A DNA stretch of 64,000 bases from Octopus sinensis (taxonomy: Eukaryota). The stretch spans positions 151,838,001 through 151,902,000 of the forward strand of contig NC_042999.1 in NCBI RefSeq assembly GCF_006345805.1, read 5' to 3'. How positions within the stretch are numbered: position 1 is the first letter of the stretch; every line of letters starts with the position of its first letter. Made by a program: the position numbers and the translations under genes. Below the pieces are notes generated by a model that saw only the letters and a list, made by a program, of their open reading frames with translations, did no database searches and was not told the DNA's origin. Shown piece after piece: positions 51,944-64,000 of the stretch.

Positions 51944-52799
51944 GTACATATGCATGTTCAGATAGTAATAATAATGGGTGGTGATGGAGGTGGTGGTGAT
52001 GCTGCTGCTGCTGGGGAGACAACTAGAAGGGTGTTGAATCTGGTGGTTTCTCAGGGAAAAGCAAATGTCAGAATATATTATCTTTACTTTAGTTTTTCCT
52101 GTCAATCAGATCCAGTATTTCTCTCTTCACCAAGTTTCCAGCAACCCTCCTCTTCTTCCACCTCCACCGCCACTACCACCTAGCTCTAATTTCCTGTCAG
52201 TCCTAGTCACATGGTATAAGAGAGCATTTTCGTTGGTTTCCCAGGTTGTGGTGAAGTCAAATGGGAGTGAGAAAATGAAGTGAGAAAAGATAAATAGCAG
52301 TGAGAAGAAGTGAGAGTTAGGGCAGTAAAGAGGAAGTCAGTATTTCAGAAACAATAACAGTAACAACAACAACAAGAAAGAACATAGGTTGGGATGATGG
52401 GAAAAAAAATCTGGTAAGCACAATATGAAAGCAAAATGGCTTAAAGGTCACTTGACATGACAAGGTCATATGATATGACAAGGTTACACTGGCTTCGGTG
52501 GTTTGAGTAAGGTTATGATGTCAGGAATAATGAGGAAGCCATGGACATTCTAATAGGAGAATAGCCTTTTCCTTTTAGCCAATAAGGACACTTTTGAGAA
52601 CGGCTGTGTTATAATCTTACAATTAAGGTAGTGTTTGAATGCGCTACTTATGGAAGTATACATAAATATAGACACACACACACACGTGCACGCACGCACA
52701 CAGATATATACATACATATACGTATCTGTATATGCATGCACACATACACTCACACACACACACACACATACACACACAACCATATCTAATCATCATCAT

Positions 52800-53100
52800 A
52801 ATCATCCAGTGTTTTAAATGGGAGTGGCCAGATCCATCTCAATGCCATAGCAACTGAGGTAGACAGGTGCAGCCCGCCCCAACCTTTGGGCTGGCTAGTG
52901 CCCATTCTCTCTTGCTATCATGAGGCCTTTGTGAAGCTGGATTTTCTATGAGGAGCATGCCCTTGCTTACCCCCAACCTCAGTTTCTAGACATGAGTGGT
53001 CCTGAGACCAAGGCTTCTACCATGATTTTTAAGAAATGTGGTGGAAAACTAGCTCAGGAAGCCAAAGACACTACTCCCTGAGACCCCTTTTGGCATCTCT

Positions 53101-53103
<3 letters not shown>
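52800..53103 (-). mobile_element. Unclassified ~330-bp repeat, copy 2
   Basis: Homologous to 34890-35222. Confidence 0.7.
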
Positions 53104-53150
<47 letters not shown>

Positions 53151-53285
53151 CATTTATATACATACATATATATGCATGTACACTACTTGGTAAACTTGAT
53201 TCAAAATCAAGCAAGACACAATGCATGATGTGTCATTTATGTGGGATAACTAATTCATCACCAGCATATAGGTAATATTGTAGAT

Positions 53286-53610
53286 GTGAAGGTGTGTGGG
53301 CTTACTGGTTAGAGTATTCAACTCATGTTCCTAAGGTTATGAATTTGATTCCTTATAGTGCATTGTGTCCTTGAGCAAGGCACTTTATTTTATGTTGTTC
53401 CTGTCCACTCAGCTGGCAAAGATGAGTAGTTTCTGTATTTCAAAGGGCCAGCCTTGTCACATTCTGTGTCACACTGACTCACCCTGAGAACTACATGGAG
53501 GGTACATGTGTCTGTGGCATTCTGACCCACTTGCATATTAATTTCATGAGCAGGCTGTTCTGTTAATCAGATCGACTGGAACCCTCTTCATTGTGATTGA
53601 AGGAGTGTCC
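53286..53610 (+). mobile_element. tRNA-derived SINE, family C-like
   Basis: Degenerate A and B boxes, then tgtgtccttgagcaaggcacttt...actcagctggcaaa. Confidence 0.7.
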
Positions 53611-54439
53611 CAGAAAGAAACATAATAGATATCAATTACCTTTATAACTATACTGCTATACAATTATTTTGATGTTGCACAAAATACAACCAGCACATTT
53701 GTACCAACGTTGCCAGCGCTGCTGGACTGGCTCCTGTGCAGGTGGCATGTAAAAAACACCATTTGAGCATGGCCGTTGCCAGTACCATATGACTGGCCCT
53801 CGTGCCAGTGGCATATAAAAGCACCCGCTACACTCTCGAAGTGATTGGCGTTAGAAAGGTGCTTTTTACATGCCACCAGCACAGGAGCCAGTCGGGGTGG
53901 GGGCTGGCATCGACCACAATCAGATGGCGCTTTTTATGCACCACCGGCATGGGGAGCCAGTCAGGTAGCACTGGCAACAACCCACGCATGCATGGTGCTT
54001 ATTGCGTTTACAACTGACAACAAATCATGGATGTCCAGGCTTTGAGATGAAATGTATCCCAGGTTTAAGGCAATACGAAGTATACTTCATAATCTATGGG
54101 GGTAAAATAGCTCAATGATATGATAAGTTTTCGACTAGCACCCTATGAGTTAATCATTTCATATCCTTTCATATCTACTTCTTTATTTTGGTTATGTCTC
54201 TAAATGGATACTTAATTTAACATTCCTCTGGTTACCAGATACATATACTAGATATTCAGAGAATGTTACTAGAAATAGACTGGCATCTCATTCAGGGATT
54301 TCATCTCATCCACGTAACCCTTTTGATGCCAACCCATCTGGGATTACTCCTGACTCTATGATACAAACTATTTTCAAGTATTTAAATTTAAACCTTCTTT
54401 CAAAGAACATTTTAAGTTGTATTTAAAACCCAGATTAAT

Positions 54440-54815
54440 AGGCGCTGGCATGGTTGTATGGTAAGGAGTTTGCTTCTCAATCACATGATTCTAGGTTCAG
54501 TCCCACTGCATGACACCTTGGTCAAGTGTCTTCTATTATAACCTCAGGCCTATCAAAGCTTGGTGAATCAATTGAGTAGATGAAAACTCAAAGAAGCTCC
54601 TTGTGTGTGTGTGTGTGTCTGTTTATCCCCCACCACTGCTTTACAACCGGTGTTGGTGTGTTTATGTCCCTGTAACTTAGCAGTTCAGCATACAGTACCA
54701 ATAGAATAAGTAGCAGACTGAAAAAAAAAAGAGTATTGGTTCATTTGATTAAAAATTTGTCAAGGTGGTGTTCCAGTTTGACCACAGTTTAATGACTGAA
54801 ACAAGTAAAATTTAA
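54440..54815 (+). mobile_element. Family A SINE inside a piggyBac-type MITE remnant (about 54325-54900)
   Basis: Matches 59630-60080; the left flank taacccttttgatgcc resembles 4985. Confidence 0.75.
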
Positions 54816-56547
54816 AGGATAATAATGGAAAAGGTAGATATTTGACAAAATCCTACTAAAGTTTTTTTTCATTATTTTTGAAATAAACTGAAGAATTTAT
54901 TTAGAAATCTGGATTTACAAGTCACTATGACCAACATTGGATACATTTATCATTTACCATAGTTTACCAAAGTTCAGGATGCCTTTTTGTTTTAAATGGC
55001 AAATTCTAAATGAAATTACAGCAATTGACTTCATTTTTATTTTATTTTTTTCCATTAAAAATAAAATTATAGAGCAATACAAAAGAGAAAAATCATTTGA
55101 AAACATTTGTCTTTTTTCAAAGAGACAACTTTATTTCTTTGATATAAATTGATTTCAATTACAAAACAAAAAAAGAAATAAAAATTAATTATATTTTCAT
55201 AAAATGTAATTATGTGTTAATTACAAAAATATCATAATCCACTACACTTCAAAATTTGTAAGAAATTTTCTTTCCATTTTGGAATTGTTTTTCATTTAAT
55301 TAAAAGATGGTAAAAAAAATAATAAGTAAATAGATGAAATTAATTAACATACTGTTGGGTGGCCCTGAGGGTGGTTATTATTTTTATAAAATATAACATG
55401 GGAAATGATCATCCCACTTCTTTGATGATGATATGGAATGATGTTCGTATTGAAGTGGCCTTCTGCTTTTATACCCAAAGGGTTTCCAACTAGAAGAATC
55501 CACAAATCTAAAGATAACACAGAAACAGGAAGCTGTTCTCGTTTCTATCCTAGAAATAATATTATTTACATTCCTTCTGTCTAGAAAGACAAGTTAGTAG
55601 AATTTATACTTTTTCCGCTTTTCATTAGCAGACTACAGATGGTAATCTTCATTTTACTACCATTATGCGATTATGTTTTGCATGTATGTGTGTCCATGTG
55701 TGTGCATGTGTGTGTGTGTGTGTGTGCATGTGTAATTGAGTGTAAACGTGTTTGGACATATTTGTATGCATGCATATGAAGTGCACTTATGTATGTAAGT
55801 GAAATTAGATCATTGTTGATGTAACCAAATTACTGAAATGGAAATCTTTGAAACTTTCTCCCTTTACTTTATAAATTTGAGATGTATAGCTAGGAGGGGA
55901 GTGAGTGTCAACATTATTTGCCTATATAGTAAAATTCCATTCATCTGCTGAAATGAATAATGCCACACTGTACCATTCCATTGCACTGAAGTACTGTTGT
56001 ATTCTAAGTTACGACAGTTCTGACATTGTTAAATTGGACATATTTTAAAGAATTTGCATTGCTTTATTTTTGTGGGTATTGAAACTTCATTACCTTCTTT
56101 TGTCTGTAGCAATTCTACAGGAAGCCTAGTAGATGCTTGTGTAGAACTTTGCCAAACAGCCAATTCTTGGAGTATTTGTCAAATTACATAATGTTGTTGT
56201 TATATGTGTTTGTATCTGAATTTGCAGAGAAATGTGCATATTATTTATATCTAAAGGAATGCTCAGTATGCACAAAGGTAATTGGCAGGAACTAACCATT
56301 ATCTAGGCAGTGCAATTAGTGAAGGCACACAGGATGTAGACAGTCTGACAATAAGCTAAAAACTTTAATTACACCAAATGAAGTAGAAAAACAAAAAAAG
56401 TATTGGATTCTTTACATGGTTGTTCAACCTGTTAGAAATAGATGCCAAATCTTTCTTAACTCGCACCCTACTGTCTTCAAAACGGACAGGATAATCACAG
56501 CCAGAATACCTTTGTTTGTCTATGTGTGTGCTTCAGTTTTCAGAGAA

Positions 56548-57228
56548 ATCATCATCATTGTTTGACATCCATTTTCCGTGCTGGCATGGCTTGAACAGTT
56601 TGACTGAGGTCTGGAGAACCAGTGGCTGCACCAGGCTCCTGTCTGATCTGGCAATGTTTCTACGACTGGGTGCCCTTCCTAACGCCAACCACTCTAAGAG
56701 TGTAGTGGGTGCTTTTTACGTGCCCCCAGTACAAGAGCCAGTCAGCTGGGCCTGGCATCGATCACATTCAGATGGTGCTTTTTACATGCCACCTGCACAA
56801 GAGCCAGTCAGGGGGTACTGGCATCAGTCATGATCGGTTGGTGCTTTTTATGTGCAACCAGCACAGGAGCCAATCAGGCAGACCTGGCATTGACCACATT
56901 CAAATGGTGTTTTTTACATGTGACTGGCACAGGAGCCAGTCTGGGGGTGCTGGCATCAGCCACGTTCGGTTGGTGTTTTTTATGTGCAGCCAGCACAGGA
57001 GCCAGTCTGGGGGTACTGGCATCGGCCACGTTCAGTTGGTGAATTTTACGTGCCACCAGCATGGGAGCCAGTCAGGCGGACAGGGCATTGACCACATTCG
57101 GATGTTGCTTTCTGCATGCCACTGGCACAGGAACCAGTCTCAGGGTACTGGCCACAGCTACGATATTGGTTTTACTTGACTCAACAGATCTTCTCAAGCA
57201 TATCATATCGCCCAGTACATCAGGGATA
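56548..57228 (-). mobile_element. RTE 3' fragment with a seven-unit ~66-bp VNTR
   Basis: ORF end (MLEK..), units starting near 56708, 56774, 56840, 56906, 56972, 57038 and 57103, then the common tail. Confidence 0.85.
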
Positions 57229-57297
57229 TTATTTTATATTTAAAGGAATACTCAAGACACACAAAGATAATTACCAAGAACTAAACATTATCTAGGC

Positions 57298-58120
57298 CAG
57301 TGTTTCTCAACAATTTTTTATTTATGAACCTTTTTGATTTCTCTTTTACTTGGATGGGCCTTTCCTAGCCATTCATTGTTTAAAAATTCACATTCATCAT
57401 CATCATCGCTTAATGTCCACCTTCCATGCTGACATAGGTGGGATGGGTTGACAGGAGCTGGCCAGGCTTCAGCCTGCACCTGACTTTGGCAACTGTTTTG
57501 GCAGGAATTTTACAGCTGGATGCCCTTCCTAACATCAACCACCCACCCAGCAGAGTGGACTAAGTGCTTTTTATGTGGCATAAGCATAAGCAAGGTTTTT
57601 ACAGCTAGATGCCCTTCCAAATGCCAACCACTTTACATTGGTAGCACCTGCACTGAGAGGGTCACCAAGTACTTGCAAGACAAGAAAAATCTCTTTTGAG
57701 AGGGGAAGGGAAGAGGAGGTGATCTTGTATCAGATGATGAAAGGTTATAGGAAGACAGAAAGACAGAAACAGGTGTCTTGCTGTAGAGGAGGTACAAGGT
57801 TACCTGACCAAGGAGGGAGGGAGAGAGAAAGAGGGGGGAGAGGGGGGAGAGAAAGAGATCAGGAATGAAGATAGAAACAGGTGAACTGCTGCAAAGGAAA
57901 TACATGATTACCTAACCTGTGGGAAGTGCAGAGTTAGGAGAGAGAAAGTGTGAGACATTATATTTTTATAATTAAACAATAGGAGAAATTGTTTAAGAAA
58001 AATTGTTAAAAGATTTTGTGTATTGTAGAAGTATAATTTATTACAGATAAATTTTAACAACAAAATCTTATACAGACCCACCCCACCAAGGGCCATATGG
58101 ACCCTCGTTGAAAACCACTA
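57298..58120. mobile_element. hAT (Charlie-like) MITE carrying nested RTE-tail insertions
   Basis: TIRs cagtgtttctcaac / gttgaaaaccacta; 8-bp TSD atctaggc / ttctaggc. Confidence 0.8.
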
Positions 58121-58686
58121 TTCTAGGCAGTGCATTATACAAACAAGGCTAACTGACTCTGGGCCAAACATCAATGAGATTTGATGAATATGGTCAGGTT
58201 AAATGGTTTGATAGATATGGAAATCTGAGTTGTTCTATTTATATTGACAAAAAGCCTCAAATTAATACAGTTGCTGTACTGTGGCTTGAATTTAGCCCAA
58301 TATGGGTCAGGTTGTATTATCATCAAGCCTATAGTGATGAAATTCAAGGGTGACTCCTGTGGGATTTGAACTCAAAATGTAGAGAAACAAAGCTTAATAC
58401 TAAAACCATTGACACTTGATGTTTTGCTATTTCTACTTCCCTTTCTATATCTTTATGTATAAAATATATATAAAGAACAATCACATCCATTACTGCTTTC
58501 AGACCACCCACTCTGCATTTCCAGTTCTATGTAAATTTCAGACAAAATTTCTCTTGCGCACTCACTCACATGCTCTCTTTCCCGCCTCCTCCCCATTATA
58601 TGTGTATGCACGTACATGCAAACATACACACACATGCACGCACACCCTCGTATATGTGTGTGTGTATATATTTATATATATAACTT

Positions 58687-58735
<49 letters not shown>

Positions 58736-59629
58736 TACACATATACATATATATATGTATGCACGTACATGCAAACGTACACACAAATGCATGCACACCC
58801 TCATATGTATGTGTGTGTGTGTGTGTTTGTGTTTTTATACATGTGTATGTATAAATCTATATCTGTATATATCTATAACTGTATGTACATATATATATAC
58901 ACACACATAAACATGTGTGCGTGTGTGTGCACACACACACACATACACACACAGCAGCAGCAAAAACCATGCCAAGGCAAACAGACATTGAAGCTTAATG
59001 CTGTCCTTTGGCTCATCAGATTTTACCGAACTGTCCAACCCATGCCAGCATGAAATGTGAATGCTAAATAATGATGATGATGATGATAATGATGATACTT
59101 TACAAGATTTGTGCATCCATTCTTCCATGCTGTCATGTATTAGAAGAAGAACTATTACTAAAGCATTGATTTACAGCTGGATGTCCTTTCTCTCACTAAT
59201 CTTTACTTGTTTTCAAATAACGGATCTCTTATTCCACATAATTTCAAAAGCCAGCAGATGATTTGTTGACTGGGAATAACAACAGATTCTATAAATTGTG
59301 TCAACATTTTTAATGCAACGTGCACAAGATGTAAACATTCGCAGACCCACGCATGCATACACACGCACACACACAGATACACACACACACACACACACAG
59401 ATACACACACACACACACAGATACACACACACACACACAACATATGCACATGGGTATCCAATGGGCTTCATAAATTTCTGTCTCTCAAATTTATTCACAA
59501 AGCACTGGTTGGCTTCGGGTTACTGACGGCATTGCTTGTTTAAAGGCTGGTTGTGAGATTGAATCTGAAGCCATATGGTTGAGAAGTGGATTTCTCAACC
59601 AACCAGCCATGCCTTTGCTTATATATATA

Positions 59630-59825
59630 AGGATGTGTGGTAAGTAGCTTGCTTACCAACTACATGGTTACAGGTTCAGTTCCACTGCTTGGCACCTTGG
59701 GTAAGTGTCTTCTAATGTAGCCTTGGGCCAACCAAAGCCTTGCGAGTGGATTTGTTAGGTGGAAACTGAAAGAAGCCTGTCGTATGTATGTATGTATGTA
59801 TGTATGTGTGTGTGTGTGTGTGTGT

Positions 59826-59859
<34 letters not shown>

Positions 59860-60080
59860 TGTGTGTGATTGTGTGTCTGTGTTTATCCCCCCAACATCAC
59901 TTGACAACAGATGCTGATGTGTTTACATCCCCGTAACTTAGCGGTTTGGCAAAAAGAGGCAGACAGAATAAGTACTAGGCTTACAAAGAATAAGTCCTGG
60001 GGTCGATTTGCTCGACTAAAGAGCAGTGCTCTAGCATGGCCGAAGTCACATGACTGAAACAAGTAAAAGAGTAAAAGAAA
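59630..60080 (+). mobile_element. tRNA-derived SINE, family A, reference copy
   Basis: gtgtggtaagtagcttgcttaccaac...ggttcagttccactg (B box)...accttgggtaagtgtct...(GT)n...gactgaaacaagtaaaagagtaaaaga. Confidence 0.9.
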
Positions 60081-60429
60081 GTATATATATAGCATTGGCA
60101 TTTCATGTTACACCAAGAAGTGGTGCACAATACGAGAACTTTTGACTTGAGACAAATATAACAGATTACTTCAAATCATTGTTAGAGTATCCACATAAGT
60201 GGAATCAAGCCAGACTAGTTTCTACAGACATCGAGTCATATTAATTGTAATAATGAAGTCAAACCAATTAGTGATATTTTTAAATTATTTGATATATACA
60301 TCTATCTCTCTGCCTCACTATAACCTTTCATCATCTGACACAAGATCATCTCCTCCAATGCCCCCTCCCCTCTCAAAAGAGTTTTTTTCTTTTTGTCTTG
60401 CAAGTACTTGGTGATTGTGTCAGAGCAGG

Positions 60430-60695
60430 TGCCTCTTAAAAGCACCCAGTCCACACTGTAAAGTGGTTGGCTGTAGAAACCTTGTCAAAACTGACCTCGC
60501 CTGTGCTTGTTCCACGTAAAAAGCACTAAGTCCACTCTGCCGAGTGGTTGGTGTTAGGAAGAGCATCCAGCTGTAAAAATCCTGCCAAAACAGTCACAGA
60601 AGTCTGGTGCAGGCTTCTGCCTGGCTGGCTCTTGTCAAACCATCCCATCCATGCTGGCATGGAAGGTGGATGTTAAACAATGATGATGATGATGG
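60430..60695 (+). mobile_element. RTE-type 3' tail
   Basis: Matches 63760-63920. Confidence 0.8.
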
Positions 60696-60924
60696 TGTAT
60701 GAAATGGTTTCAAAATATCACTATTTGGCTTGACTTCATTATTACAACTATATAGTGTTGGTGTGGTGTGTGTGTGTGTGTGTATTGTACAGCAAAAATA
60801 TATTTAGCTCTAAGGAAATATTACCTTGCCTCAATAAATGCCATCCACCCATGCAAGCTTAGAAAAGTTGAGGCTTAAACGGTGGCAGGGATAATGGTGA
60901 TGATGTACACAGACACATATAAAC

Positions 60925-61075
60925 TACCATCATCATCATCATCACCATCATCGTCACCATCATCATCATCATCACCATCATTGTCACCACCACCACCACC
61001 ACCACCATCACCACAACCACCACCACCACCACCACCACCATCATAATCATCATCATCATCATCTTCTTCTTCATC
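60925..61075. repeat. (CAT/CAC)n tract
   Basis: Direct. Confidence 0.95.
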
Positions 61076-61465
61076 ACTATAATTATTATAAGAGCTGATG
61101 CTTCTTAAATCGTAGCTCTAGATTTCAAGCAGTGAATTGCTTCAGTTTTATACAATTATTCAAATGATTCGCTGCTTTAAATAATCAACAATTGGAAACC
61201 TGATTTAAGAAGCTTCACATTTTAACAGAATATATCCACTCGCTGCTTTGAAGTATTGCATATTTGTTCTCCTTGTTTGCAAGCACAAATACTAACCAAA
61301 ACACACACACACATGCATGCATGCACACACACACACTACACACACACACACACACACACACACAACACACACACACACATATGCAAACTCACATGCATGT
61401 ATGCACAAACACACACAGACACTTATCTTTATCTATCTGTATGTATATTTATATGCTGATGTATG

Positions 61466-61517
<52 letters not shown>

Positions 61518-61538
61518 CACATCATCATCATCATCATC

Positions 61539-61583
<45 letters not shown>

Positions 61584-61811
61584 ATATGGTTTGAAATTGT
61601 ACAAATACAAAAAGCAAAAGACATAGACAGGTTTGGAACAACAAACAAGGTGTATTATTTTGATGCTTAAGAAAATTGGAGGAGTCTTTGAAGTTTCCTA
61701 TGCTTTCCTACTGAAATGAATGGGGAAAAAAAACAAATGCAGAGAGGAAAAAAATGGAGAAAAAAAATATGTGCTTGGGTCAATTGTTGCACCTGTTGAA
61801 ATCATATATAC

Positions 61812-62966
61812 ATAGGGATAGATGAATGGCTGGTGAGGACTGTGCAAGCCATGTACAGAGATGCCGTAAGTAAGGTTAGGGTTGGCAACATGTACACAGA
61901 AGAATTCAAAGTAGAGGTTGGGGTCCACCAGGGTTCAGTACTCAGCCCCCTCCTATTTATCATAGTACTCCAGGCAATTACGGAGGAATTCAAGACAGGC
62001 TGTCCCTGGGAGCTCCTTTACGCTGACGACCTTGCTCTTATTGCGAGTCCTATCAGAACTGGAGGAGAAGTTCCAGGTGTGGAAGGAGGGTTTAGAATCA
62101 AGGGCCTTAGAGTCAACCTAGCTAAAACCAAAGTACTAATAAGTAGAAGGTAGACAATCCACAAATATCTTCAGGAAGATGGCCTGCTCGATCTGTAGAA
62201 AAGGTGTAGGTAGAAACTCTATAAGATGTACCCAGTGTAAGCTATGGACACATAGAGGTGCAGCAATGTCAAAGGTAGGCTAACTGGGAAGATAGTTTTG
62301 TATGTGGCAGATGCTCGGGAGCATTAACCTCCGAAAATCTGCAGAAAACAACTTCCGTCACTTTCCAGGGGGAAAAACAGAAGTAGTTGATAGCTTCCGT
62401 TATCTAGGTGACCAAGTCAGTAGTGGGGGTGGGTGCGCTGAAAGTGTAACTGCTAGAATAAGAATAGCCTGGGCAAAGTTTAGGGAGCTCTTACCTCTGC
62501 TGGTGACTAAAGGCCTCTCGCTCAGAGTAAAAGGCAGACTGTATGATGCGTGTGTACGAACAGCCATGCTACATGGCAGCGAAACATGGGCTGTGACTGC
62601 TGAGGACATGCGTAAGCTCGTGAGGAATGAAGCCAGTATGCTCCGATGGATGTGTAATGTCAGTGTACATACTCGACAGAGCGTTAGCACCTTGAGAGAA
62701 ATGTTGTACCAAAGAAGCATCAGTTGTGGTGTGCAAGAGAGACGATTGCGCTGGTATGGTCATGTGGCGAGAATGGATGAAGATAGGTGTGTGAGAAAGT
62801 GCCATCCCTAGCAGTTGAGGGAACCCGTGGAAGAGGTAGACCCAGGAAAACCTGGGACGAGGTGGTGAAGCACGACCTTCGAACTTTAGGCCTCACTGAG
62901 GAAATGACCGAGACCGAGACCTTTGGAAATATTCTGTACGTGAGAAGACCAGGCAGGACAAGTGAG
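61812..62966 (+). pseudogene. RTE-clade LINE ORF2, 5'-truncated and frameshifted: RT C-terminal half, PHD-like finger, thumb
   Basis: GIDEWLVRTVQAMY..GVHQGSVLSPLLF..LLYADDLALIA; VDSFRYLGD; LYDACVRTAMLHGSETW; RRLRWYGHVARM; RGRGRPRKTW. Confidence 0.93.
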
Positions 62967-63059
62967 CCCAGCCCACTTATGAATGCCTTTCCTCCCTTGG
63001 ACACAAGACCGTTTGAGGCAAGCGAAGTCGATATAGAACCTCATCCGACGACAGACACC

Positions 63060-63660
63060 CATCCCAACCCCCCATGCTTGCGAAGACATGTTGGGGCAAG
63101 CGAAATCGAAATCGAAATCGAAACCGAATTGAACCAGCCAGGATCCCTGGCCTGGTGGTACGTAAAAGCACTATCCGACTCGGGGCCGTGGCACGTAAAA
63201 TACTCCAATGCGACCGTACGACAGGCACCCATGCCAACCCCCTTTGCTTGTGAAGACATGTTGGGGCAAGCGAAATCGAAATCGAATTGAACCAGCCAGG
63301 ATCCCTGGTCTGGTGTACGTAAAGCACTATCCGACTCGTGGCCGTGGCACGTAAAACTCCAATGCGACCGTACGACAGGCACCCTTGCCAACCCCCTTTG
63401 CTTGTGAAGACATGTTGGGGCAAGCGAAATCGAAATCGAATTGAACCAGCCAGTATCCCTGGTCTGGTGGTACGTAAAGCACTATCCGACTCGTGGCCGT
63501 GGCACGTAAAATACTCCAATGCGACCGTACGACAGGCCCCCTTGCCAACCCCCTTTGCTTGTGAAGACATGTTGGGGCAAGCGAAATCGAAATCGAATTG
63601 AACCAGCCAGGATCCCTGGTCTGGTGGTACGTAAAAAGCACTATCCGACTCGTGGCCGAT
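63060..63660 (+). repeat. Tandem array, about 154-170 bp x3.6, in the LINE 3' UTR
   Basis: catgttggggcaagcgaaatc recurs at 63087, 63257, 63411 and 63568. Confidence 0.95.
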
Positions 63661-63920
63661 GCCAGCACCGCATCGACTGGCTTCCGTGCCGGTGGGACAT
63701 AAAATACACCAATCTGACCGTGGCCGTTGCCAGCCCCGCCTGGCACCTGTGCAGGTGGCACGTAAAAAGCACCCACTACACTCACGGAGTGGTTGGCGTT
63801 AGGAAGGGCATCCAGCTGTAGAAACATTGCCAAATTAGACTGGAGCCTGGTGCAGCCTTCTGGCTTCCCAGAACCCCGGTCGAACCGTCCAACCCATGCT
63901 AGCATGGAGAACGGACGTTA
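63660..63920 (+). mobile_element. RTE LINE 3' tail ending in (GAT)n
   Basis: aaaagcacccactacac...aggaagggcatccagctgtagaaa...ccatgctagcatgga...gttaaacgacgatgatgat. Confidence 0.9.
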
Positions 63921-64000
63921 AACGACGATGATGATGATACATATACATATATAATGAATATATTGCCACATTAAAAACACCATTTGAATGTTGAGCCTCA

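Noticed and set aside
56705-57150. CRISPR-like repeat-spacer appearance
   Set aside because: The spacers are homologous to each other (two classes), the array lies in a LINE 3' UTR, the DNA is eukaryotic and no cas genes are present.
62977-63905. 192-197 aa minus-strand ORFs
   Set aside because: Open frames arising from the GC-rich tandem array in the LINE 3' UTR.
61795-63935. TSD for the RTE insertion
   Set aside because: Both flanks are catata-like low-complexity sequence, so the match is ambiguous.

Overview
AT-rich eukaryotic DNA, intergenic or intronic, made almost entirely of transposable-element debris and micro/minisatellites. The repeat families and simple-repeat load suggest an octopus (coleoid cephalopod) genome; this is inference, not verified. 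No host protein-coding gene can be called with confidence, and most ORFs in the track are translations of microsatellites. Supported content: a 5'-truncated RTE-clade LINE (61.8-63.9 kb) whose 3' tail accounts for many dispersed repeats, two decayed Penelope-like elements, two mariner fragments, Tc1/mariner, hAT and piggyBac-type MITEs, Helitron-like elements, and several tRNA-derived SINE families. Most notable: (1) a tRNA-headed element carrying two inverted copies of a minimal type I hammerhead ribozyme motif (23.2-23.7 kb); (2) a second hammerhead motif just after a near-full-length Penelope ORF remnant (17.0-17.1 kb); (3) a perfect 91-bp-arm palindrome (33.3-33.5 kb); (4) recurrent inverted-duplication structures; (5) a PHD-type finger inside the RTE ORF. 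All alignments and identity counts were done by eye.
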